From the IMG/VR virus record IMGVR_UViG_3300018878_000121, positions 1 through 64,000 of that record: 64,000 nt of DNA. One strand, 5' to 3'. The notes beneath the pieces are model-generated. The model was given only the letters and a program-made list of their open reading frames with translations. It made no database searches and was not told the DNA's origin. Positions within the stretch are counted from its first letter, which is position 1. Every line of letters begins with the position of its first letter. This DNA is from an uncultured virus (IMG/VR IMGVR_UViG_3300018878_000121). Lineage: Duplodnaviria > Heunggongvirae > Uroviricota > Caudoviricetes. Made by a program: the position numbers and the translations under genes. Below are positions 54,820-64,000 of this stretch, piece after piece.

Positions 54820-55488
54820 ATGGCAACACTTTTTGGAAGTGTTTATAATCGCTTTCTTGGAAAAATTACTGATGATTTGTATATGGAATTAACCCCAGAA
54901 GATACAATTAAGGATTTGTAGAATTTCTTAATTGACGCAATTCCTGGTTTTGAATTTCCACGCATTAATTTATTTGATTATAAAATTAATTTACAAATTG
55001 TTGATGCTGATTAGCTCGTAGATGATGATTTTATTTTAGGAGCTATTTGGGGAGATATTTCAAATACTGATAAATCATAGATTCCTAGTTTTGATGAATT
55101 TGCTTCATTACCAGCTAATTTATAGTTTCATGTAACTTGGGGCGAAATACCAGATACATCAAAACCAGATGTTCCAAAAGTTCTTGTTGATAGGTCTTAT
55201 TTTACAGCTGAATTAAGTTCTGAAGAAATCAATATTTTAGCAATATTGATGAAACAGGCTTGGGTTTAGCGTCAAGTTACTTCAATTGAGCATACTCGTA
55301 TGAAATATAGTGGGTCAGATTTTAAAATGACTTCACAAGCAAACCATTTACAAAAATTATTAAATTTATTGGAAGAATCTCGTAGAGATTCTCTCCATAT
55401 GTAGCGTTTATATAAACGAAGAAAAAATGTAAATGGAATTTATCAATCTAATTGGTCTATATTGAGGGATACGAGTGCTATTAACTAA
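54820..55488 (+). CDS. Putative head-tail adaptor (TAG read-through)
   Basis: Continuous frame with TAG; DFKMTSQANHL motif; gene order. Confidence 0.6.
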
Positions 55489-55783
55489 ATATGGCTATTA
55501 TGTGCCACAAGAAGTAATTGACAAAACTGTAAAAAGATTAACAAATTAGCTATGGAAATTAATTCCTATGCGTGAAAATAATGAAGACTGGCAAAAACAA
55601 TTGGAAACTGTAATAGTAGAAATTGCGGGTTTAAATGAAATTTTCATTTGCTCGCATTTTTTATAGCTTCTTAGTAAGCTAGAAGGAATAAAAGTCCAAG
55701 ATATAAATTTTGAGCTATATAGAAAAACTGTATTTGAATCAATCAGTTTACTTTAGGAGTTAAGCCGTGGAATCAGGTTATGA
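55475..55783 (+). CDS. hypothetical protein (TAG read-through)
   Basis: GTG start overlapping previous stop. Confidence 0.6.
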
Positions 55784-56840
55784 TTTTAGTGGACGACATT
55801 CCTATAGATTATTACAAGGAAGATTAGGAAGCTATGATAAAAGACCATATGACCCCACGCAAACAGACCCTAAGCTTGATGGTATTGAAAGCTAGTCTAT
55901 GCGATTGAGGGCACACGGTGGTAATAGATAGCAAGAAAGAATGATAAAAGATAAACGTCGTTCTTTAGATTAGGCAGTTTGGAATTCATATCAAGCTGCT
56001 GAAGTAGTACGTGTAGATGCGGAAAACCGCAAGCCTGTACGTGCTTTGATTAATCCTAATAAATTAAAACAGGATTATGATGATAAAATCATCTCTATTG
56101 GATTTGAATATAATTTTAAATGCGGTGATGTATTTGAATGGTTAGGAACTAAATCTCATTGGTTAATTTATTTACAAGATTTAACTGAATTAGCTTATTT
56201 CCGTGGAGATATTAGAAGATGTTCTTATGAAATTAATTGGACAGATGAAAATGGAGAACATTCTACATATGCTGCTATTAGAGGTCCAGTAGAAACAAAA
56301 ATAAATTATATACAAAAACATGGTATTAGTGTTGACACACCTAATTATTCATTAAATTTATTATTGCCGCAAACTAAAGAAACTTTAGAATATTTTAAAA
56401 GATATTCAAAATTTTATTTGTAGAGTGATGATGAAAATGCTTAGTAGGTATGTTGGAGAGTAGAGGCTATTGACTGGATTAGTACTCCTGGAATATTGGA
56501 GATTAATGCGGTTGAATATTATGCGAATGAGACTGAGGATGATATTGAAAATGGTGTTGTTGGAGGTTTGATTGTTAAACCAGAGAATCCTAACACTGAA
56601 GAGATTGAAGAAACAATTGTTGGTGAAACATTTATTAAACCTAAAAAAGAATATGAGTTTTAGTTTACTGGAACCGCAGAACTTAATTGGGTAATAGATA
56701 AAAAATATCCTATTATTTATGAAGTAAATGAGGATAATCCAAAATAGATTAAATTAAAATGGGATAGTGCTTATTCGGGTTAGTTTAATTTAAATTATGG
56801 AAATTATGTTAAAACAATTGTTGTTGAATCTTTGTTTTAA
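55767..56840 (+). CDS. Putative neck/head-closure protein (TAG read-through)
   Basis: Frame includes the 56046-56423 ORF; gene order. Confidence 0.6.
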
Positions 56841-56869
56841 TATTGTTTAGAGTAAAAGGAGAATTAATT

Positions 56870-57454
56870 ATGAAATTAGAAACATATACTTGTCCAAAAT
56901 CAAGTTTTTTGTCAGCAGAAAAAGATATGGCGATTATTACAAATACATTAATTAAAAATGATAATTTGAAACGTCTTTTATATTATAATACAAAAGATTG
57001 TTTAAATTAGCCAAAACTAACAGAAGATTAGACATTAGGACTTTTTAATAAAAATATTAAATTAGTTCCTAAACTATATGTTGATGGCTCTGTTTTAACT
57101 TATATAATTGTGAGTTTTGATAATTTTACTGCTAATGGTACTAATCCAGAATTTAGAGATAATATTGTTGAATTTGATATTATTTGTCATTTTGATTAGT
57201 GGCAGTTAAAAGATTTTTAGTTAAGACCATATCGTATCGCTGCTGAAATTGATTCAATGTTTGATGGTTAGCATTTAACTGGTATAGGCGAGTTAGAATT
57301 TTTAGGAGCAAATCAAATTATTTTAACTGATGAATATGCTGGATTATGTTTAATGTATCAAGCAATTCATGGAGAAGAAGATAAGAAATTCATGCCTAAC
57401 CCCAATAATGAGCAATAGATGATTGAAAATTTTAATAAAATTTTTAATGAATAA
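56870..57454 (+). CDS. Putative tail completion protein (TAG read-through)
   Basis: FDIICH...RPYRI..EID motif; AGGAG RBS. Confidence 0.6.
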
Positions 57455-58179
57455 TGGATAGACGATTATCTTTAATGTGCGGAACTGACATTCCAGTTCC
57501 CGAATGTTAGGTTACCGTTCATCAACCACTTATTAAAGAAATTGCTTTAATTGGAGAGAAAGATTTTTTTACAGGAGTACAAACTTTTTGTATAAGTAAA
57601 AAAATGTTCGCATAGGACAAAGGTCTTTTAGAAAATACCAATAATTTTTAGATATTTATGACAATAATGTCGGAAAAAGAAACAGCCGATAAAAAATTTT
57701 CTGTATAGCAAATGGTTCCTTTATTTTTTCCAAATTATAAAATTAATTTTACTCCACGTTCTATAATTCTATAGAATAATGGTAAAATAATTACAATTGA
57801 TGAAAAAAATTTTGAACCTTTGTAGGATGCTATTTCAGAAATTTGTTGTTTAAAGACTGGCCCAATGGATACGAATGGTTTTAATCCCGCAGATAAAAAA
57901 GCGCAAGAAATTGCGGATAAATTACTGCGTGGTCGGCAACGAGTTGCTGAACAAAAGGGTGAGTCTAATGCTAGTATATTTAGTCAATATCTTTCAACTT
58001 TGACTGTTGGATTAAATTCTATGAGTTTATAGGATTTAATGGAATTAACCATATTTCAAATATATGATTTGCTTGAAAGATATACACTATTTATTAATTG
58101 GGATATAGATGTTCGTTCTCGTTTAGCAGGAGCTTAGCCTGATTCTAAACCAGACAACTGGATGAAAAATATCCATTAA
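57454..58179 (+). CDS. hypothetical tail-module protein (TAG read-through)
   Basis: ATG overlaps previous TAA; TAG interruptions. Confidence 0.65.
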
Positions 58180-58212
58180 AAAATTAATTTTTTATTTAGG
58201 AGGTACCCAGAT

Positions 58213-59247
58213 ATGAAGTTCGGTGTACGCGAAATTTGTGATGTCGTACTAAAGGCTAAAGCGCCCCAGAAGATTGGTAATAAGGTTTTCTACAAGGGTG
58301 AGCCTGTTATTTATTTTGATACTTTAAAGACTTCCAGTATGGAAGGTGCTGCTACCACCGTATATGCTCAAGGTGGTCGTGGTAACTCTAGACTTGTAGC
58401 ATGGGAAGGTGAAAGAACTGTTACTTTCACAATGGAAGATGCTCTTATTTCTCCTGCTGGATTTATGATTCTTTCTGGTGCAGGACTTATTGAAGGTTCT
58501 AAAGATGTTAAGATTCAAGTCCATGTAGCAGAGCAGACTGACAAGACATATGTTACCAGTGAAGGTGATGCTTTAATTATTACTGAACAAGTAATTTCTA
58601 AAGACCCTGATGCTAGTATCTATGTAATGGTTATGAAAGATGGCGAGATTGAGACCGAGCCTTTTGTTGGAACTATTTTAGATGCTGAAGGAACTTTTGA
58701 AGCAGTTAATGTCACTGAAAAGGAACAGGCAGAAATCACAGCAGCTATTGCGGCAGGTAGAGCAATTGTAATTGAGGATATTGCTGACCCAGCTTATACT
58801 CCTAATCCTACTGATGTTACTACTGAGGATGTTGATAGTGGTTATACTGAAAAGATTCGTGGTTTCTACGATGGCGCAGTTGTAATGGTTGACTATTATA
58901 CTGAAAAGGGTAAGGGTGCTCAGCAAATTGAAATTACTCCTGATAAGTTCGGTGGTAACTATTATCTTGAGGCTTCTACTTTATTCCGTGATACTAATGG
59001 TGTAGATATGCCTGCTGAGTTTATTATTCCTAACTGTAAGATTCAGTCTAACTTTACCTTTACTATGGCTAGTTCCGGTGACCCATCTACATTTACATTT
59101 ACTATGGACGCATTCCCGGATTACACTCGTTTTGATAAGACCAAGAAAGTTTTGGCTGCTATCCAGATTATCAACGAGACTCAGAATGAGGAAGTATATC
59201 GTAGCAGAACTATTCATGACCCTGCTCACGATGCTATTTTAGGCTAA
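58213..59247 (+). CDS. Major tail (tube) protein
   Basis: QGGRGN..LVAW...TMEDAL and FTMASSGDPSTFTFTMD; no TAG; biased codons. Confidence 0.75.
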   Translation: MKFGVREICDVVLKAKAPQKIGNKVFYKGEPVIYFDTLKTSSMEGAATTVYAQGGRGNSRLVAWEGERTVTFTMEDALISPAGFMILSGAGLIEGSKDVKIQVHVAEQTDKTYVTSEGDALIITEQVISKDPDASIYVMVMKDGEIETEPFVGTILDAEGTFEAVNVTEKEQAEITAAIAAGRAIVIEDIADPAYTPNPTDVTTEDVDSGYTEKIRGFYDGAVVMVDYYTEKGKGAQQIEITPDKFGGNYYLEASTLFRDTNGVDMPAEFIIPNCKIQSNFTFTMASSGDPSTFTFTMDAFPDYTRFDKTKKVLAAIQIINETQNEEVYRSRTIHDPAHDAILG

Positions 59248-59252
59248 TTTAA

Positions 59253-59462
59253 ATGATTATCCATTCTAGTAGAGCTACCAAGCTTGCGCCAGTGGCTTCT
59301 CCCAAGCAGCCTGAGGCTCAGCCTAAAGTGGAGAAAAAGCCTGAACGCAGACGTAAAGAAAAACAAAATCATATTGAAGTAGCTGAACAGTTACCAGTAG
59401 CTGAAAAGGCGAAGAAGATTTTGGAAGAAATAGAAGAAGAAGTTAAAAGTGAAAATGAATAA
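59253..59462 (+). CDS. hypothetical protein
   Basis: Short charged ORF before terminator. Confidence 0.5.
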   Translation: MIIHSSRATKLAPVASPKQPEAQPKVEKKPERRRKEKQNHIEVAEQLPVAEKAKKILEEIEEEVKSENE

Positions 59463-59504
59463 AATAAGGGAAGAGATAGAAATATCTCTTCCCTTATTTT
59501 TATT
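59463..59504 (+). terminator. Intrinsic terminator
   Basis: aataagggaagagata-gaaa-tatctcttcccttatt + T tract. Confidence 0.8.
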
Positions 59505-59522
59505 TAAAAGGAGGTTTAAGGA

Positions 59523-60632
59523 ATGAAATTCAATTCATCAGATAATTTATTAAACAAATTAAAGGAAACTAGTGAAGGAGCAAAACTTGCTAACACCGTT
59601 GATGAAATACATAAGTTATTATCTCATATAGGTAATAAAGGGGATGAGACTATAGCTTAGAGGGCTTCTGATTTTTTAACTTGGCTTTTATTTAATAAAT
59701 CTATGAAGAATAAACTTTATCTTAGTGATGCAGTAAGAAATCAGTTATTAGAAAATCCTATAATTTTAGATGTAGTTAATTTTTTTAAGCAAAGCTCTTC
59801 AACAAGTCAAAATATTCAACAAAATCTTGCAAATTATAATGAAACCTTTTTGGGTGATTTCTACAATCAAAGAGGTATTACAACTGAACAAATGTTTGTA
59901 AAACTTATAAATAATTTTATTGTAAATGGTGAAAAAATTCAACATAGTGGAAATGATTAGGCTACTGTTTGGTTATCTTCATTAGCAAAATATCTTGTTC
60001 AAGAGGGTGCTAATGAATTAGATAACTCATTCAAAAATTTGGTTAATGAATCAAATTTAATTAAAGAAAATAGAAAATTACGTTTTGCTTATAGAGATGT
60101 AAAAATAGATACAAGGTCTAACAATCCAAATGCAACAATTTAGTTTGGAGTTGAAGATGAAAAATTATAGGGTGATTTACAAGCTGTATATTCAGTATTT
60201 TCTAGTGCAACAATTAAATCCAAAAATGATTTAAAAAATATTGATTTAGAGGAAGTAAATATTTTAAAAGCATATTCAGCTTTTATCAATTATGCTCGTG
60301 GTAAAATTCCGCAATCAGAAATTAAAAATTTATTTGTTAGATATTATAAAGATAATAATGATGATTTTGTACATAATCCATATATAACTTTACATATTAA
60401 TCATATTATTTCAGTATATGCATTAACTGGTATGGGAACCACATTACAATCAGATTTAAATAGTATGCTTAAAGGTGCTCGCTATATAGTTGTTGTTGAT
60501 AATATAAAATAGAAAGTAATTATTCATTCTACTCATGAAATCATTAATAAGATTTTATTAACAAAAAAATATAGCAAAAATATAGTGACAAATATTCAAT
60601 TGAATTTAACAAGCAAAAGCTTGACAAAATAA
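59523..60632 (+). CDS. hypothetical protein (TAG read-through)
   Basis: GGAGG RBS; continuous frame. Confidence 0.7.
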
Positions 60633-60649
60633 AAAATTTTTGGTATAAT
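60621..60649 (+). promoter_or_regulatory. Consensus sigma-70 promoter inside tail module
   Basis: TTGACA-17 nt-TATAAT with TG extension. Confidence 0.75.
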
Positions 60650-60678
60650 AATAAAAAAGAGTTAAAGGAGAAAATAAT

Positions 60679-61203
60679 ATGGCAAAATTAGCATTTTCAA
60701 AACTTGGTTTAAAAGCCAATCAAGAAACTACTGTTATTTAGATTGATGAATACGATGTAGAAATTAAAAATTATTTACCTATTAATGATAAGTTAGAATT
60801 AATTACGAATGTAATTAATAATTCAATTGATGAACATAATTATATGAATCCTGTTAAAGTAGATATGTATACTGAATTGGAAATTGTTGAGAAATATACT
60901 AATCTTACTTTTACTGATAAACAGAAAGAAGATATTGAAAAGTTATATGATTTACTTAAAGGAAATGGTATTATTTTCAAGGTGTGTAATGCTATTCCAA
61001 TAGAAGAGATTATGGAATTGCGCAACGCAATTAATCGGTCAGTAGATTCAGTTTATACATATCGTAATTCTGTGCTTGGTATTCTTGAGACAATTTCTAC
61101 TGATTATTCAAATTTAGATTTTAATGCTACTGAAATACAGAAGAAGTTGGCAGACCCGCAGAACATGGAGTTACTTAAGTCTGTATTAACCAAATTAGGC
61201 TAA
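60679..61203 (+). CDS. Putative tail assembly chaperone (one TAG)
   Basis: Position directly before tape measure. Confidence 0.55.
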
Positions 61204-61238
61204 TAATATAACCTATTTTTTTAAAAAGAAATAGGAAT

Positions 61239-61280
61239 AATCGGATGTGAGAGATTGTTCTCACATCCGATTTTTTATTT
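61239..61280 (+). terminator. Intrinsic terminator
   Basis: aatcggatgtgaga-gattgt-tctcacatccgatt + T tract. Confidence 0.75.
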
Positions 61281-61314
61281 TGAACGAAAAGAGTGAAAGG
61301 AGTAATTATATATT

Positions 61315-64000
61315 ATGGCTCAATAGAGATTTGATTTTACATTAGGTATAAAAGCTGATACAAGTCAAGCCGAATAGAAAATGAATGAGTTGGCTAATTC
61401 TTTGAAAAAAATTGCGTCAAATCCTCCATCTTTATTAGATGATTAGGATTTAAAAGATGCTACGAAATCAGCGCAAGAATTAGAAAAACATTTGTCTAAA
61501 GCTGTAAATGTAAATACTGGTAAATTAGATTTATCAAAATTTTCAAAAAGTTTATCCTCTGCTGGATAGGATTTAACATATTTTTAGAAAAATTTATCTA
61601 AACTTGGCGTAGAAGGTGAGTAGGCATTTTTAAAACTTGCTGAAAATATTGCTATGGCTGAAGTGCCAACAGTGCGTTTAAATAATCATTTAAAGAATTT
61701 TTTAGATGAATTAATTAAAGTCGGACGTTGGCAATTGAGTTCTAATATTATGCACGGACTGTAGGGAGCCATTTAGACTGCTTATGGTTATGCGCAAGAT
61801 TTAAATGAATCATTAACAAACATTAGAATTGTTACTGGTTAGACTACAGATGAAATGGCTAAATTTGCGTTAAGAGCAAATGATGCGGCAAAAGCTTTAA
61901 GTACAACTACTACTAACTATACAGATGCGGCATTAATCTTCTATCAGCAAGGTCTTGCGGAAGATTAGGTTGAAGAGCGCACAAACACAACAATTAAAAT
62001 GGCTAATGCTACTGGTGAAAATGTTACAAAGATATCTGACCAATTAACTGCGGTTTGGAATAACTTTGATAATGGTACCAAGCCATTGGAATATTATGCT
62101 GATGTTATGACTGCGTTAGGTGCGGCAACTGCTTCTAGTACTGATGAAATCGCTGAAGGTATTGAAAAGTTTGCTTCAATTTCTGAAATGATTGGTTTAA
62201 GTTATGAGTATGCGGCTTCCGCGCTTACGACCGTAACAGATGTCACTCGTCAAAGTGCCGATGTAGTAGGTACTGCATTTAAAACGATTTTCGCACGTAT
62301 TTAGGGTTTAAAACTTGGTGATACATTAGAAGATGGTACATCTTTAAATAAATACTCATAGGCTCTTGCTTCTGTTGGTATTTCTATTTTTGATTAGAAT
62401 CAACAATTAAAAGATATGGATGATATCCTTGATGAGATGGGCGCTAAATGGTCATTACTTAGTAGAGACTAGCAAGCTGCGCTCGCGCAAACTGTTGCTG
62501 GCGTAAGACAGTACAATCAGCTTGTATCTCTTATGAATAACTGGGATTTCTTTAAATAGAATGTAAATGTAGCAAAAGGTTCTGAAGGAACTTTAACTGA
62601 ACAATCAGCTATTTATGAAGAAAGCTGGGAAGCATCTTTAAAGAGAGTTAGAGCTTCTGCTGAAGGTATTTATGATAGTTTAATTGATGAAGAATTTTTT
62701 ATTAAGATTAATGATATTTTTGCTAAATTATTAGAAGGAATTAATGGAGCAATAGATGGTATTGGCGGATTTGAAGGAATTTTAAAAACTTTAGGTAGTG
62801 TATTTATGTCTTATTTTGCTTCTAAAATGCCGAAAGCATTATCAGGCATAAGCAATACTTTTAGTATTATTACTGGAAAAGCTTTAAGAGATACTTAGAA
62901 AATACAATAGGAAAGTATTAATAGTTTATCTAAAATGCGTCCTGATGCTACTAATGCTGAAAAAATTTAGCAAGAAGGATTGAAAAAAGTTGCTATTTTA
63001 AAGCGTGAATTAACTAATATTTCTAATAAATTAACTGAAGAAGAAAAAGAAGAAAATTAGAATAGAATATAGCAAACCGCAGATATTTATGCTAATGCTG
63101 CTGCCATTGAAAAAGAAGCGGCAGAATTAAGAAAACTTAATGAAGAAAAAATTAAAAGTTCTTCTAATCAAATTACAAACGAAGCTTTCGGATTTAGAGA
63201 AACTATTGCTGAAGATCAAAATCAAATAAATACATTAAGTTAGATATAGAATAGAACAAAATTAGATGATTCAAGATTAGATAAAGCTACTTCACGAGTT
63301 AATGAATTAACTGAGCAATTTTTTAAATTAAAAGATGCTATGGATGAAGTTATAGAATCTAAACAAATAGCTTTTGATAAAAAAGATTGGGAAGAATTTT
63401 CTAATATGGGAGAATTATTAGATTTTGATAGTAGAGAATCTAAAGAGTATTTCCAATATGTTGGAGAAGGAATTGATTAGTTAAAAGCAAAATATATTGA
63501 TTTTAGAAAACAAGAGTAGTAGTATGAATATTTAAAAAATAAAATAGATATTAATAAAGCAGCTTGGACTGCTCCTGATTTTAATTTATCTTTGGATGAA
63601 GCAAAAAATTCTATTTCACAATATTTAAGACAAATAGATGAATTAAAAAAATAGGGATTTGTTTAGTTAGATATAGATACAACAGAGTTGTAGTCAAAAT
63701 TGAAATCAACTGATGTAACTGTTGAGGATTTACAAAAATCATTTATTTCTTTTTTAAATAATTTATCAAATAAAGCTTCAAAAACTTCTACAAGTTTTTC
63801 AAAAGATGGCGATAAGATTCATAGTGCATTATTAAAAATTTTAACTCCTTTAATGGGTGATAAAAGTCAAGCTGAAAAAGCAATTGAAGGTCTGCGCACA
63901 AAATTAGCAGAATTAACAGAAGAAGAAATGGATTCTGTTTTACGCACAACTGGAATGTTATCGGAAAGAGTAGATGAACTTCCAAAACATGCTTATAAAG
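61315..64000 (+). CDS. Tail tape measure protein, N-terminal part (many TAG; runs off the window)
   Basis: TP901-type segment: TRQSADVVGTAFKTIFAR, LA.TVAGVRQYN. Confidence 0.88.

Noticed and set aside
44508..64000. Pseudogenised structural operon
   Set aside because: Interruptions are TAG almost exclusively, frames are preserved and genes end in TAA/TGA, indicating recoding

Overview
Segment of a large, AT-rich tailed-phage genome. The host is probably a Firmicute/Clostridia gut bacterium (inferred from sigma-A-type promoters, strong GGAGG RBSs and HPr-like/SPOR genes). TAG is reassigned to a sense codon, most likely Gln (genetic code 15). Layout: (1) 0.2-9.4 kb, minus strand: a dense tRNA/ncRNA cluster with about 15 conventional tRNAs, rare anticodons, aberrant tRNAs and structured non-coding stretches. 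(2) 9.6-23.6 kb, minus strand: accessory genes including a TAG-rich kinase/glycosyltransferase island. (3) 23.6-25.7 kb: a plus-strand wHTH gene flanked by iteron-like repeats. (4) 26-43 kb, minus strand: an early-type region of short genes, many with their own promoter, punctuated every ~2 kb by non-coding islands with GC-rich palindromes. (5) 44.5-64 kb, plus strand: virion morphogenesis operon (terminase, portal, protease/scaffold, capsid, neck, tail tube, tape measure) whose ORFs are broken almost only by in-frame TAG. The most unusual signal is a family of nine covarying RNA 'clamp' elements (stem + invariant CAGCAA) in the tRNA cluster. They enclose tRNA parts in different arrangements: three circularly permuted tRNA genes, one interrupted tRNA, one whole tRNA, one tRNA lacking most of its acceptor stem, an isolated anticodon arm, and two non-tRNA cargoes. 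All calls were made by eye with no database search; structural-gene names partly rest on gene order.
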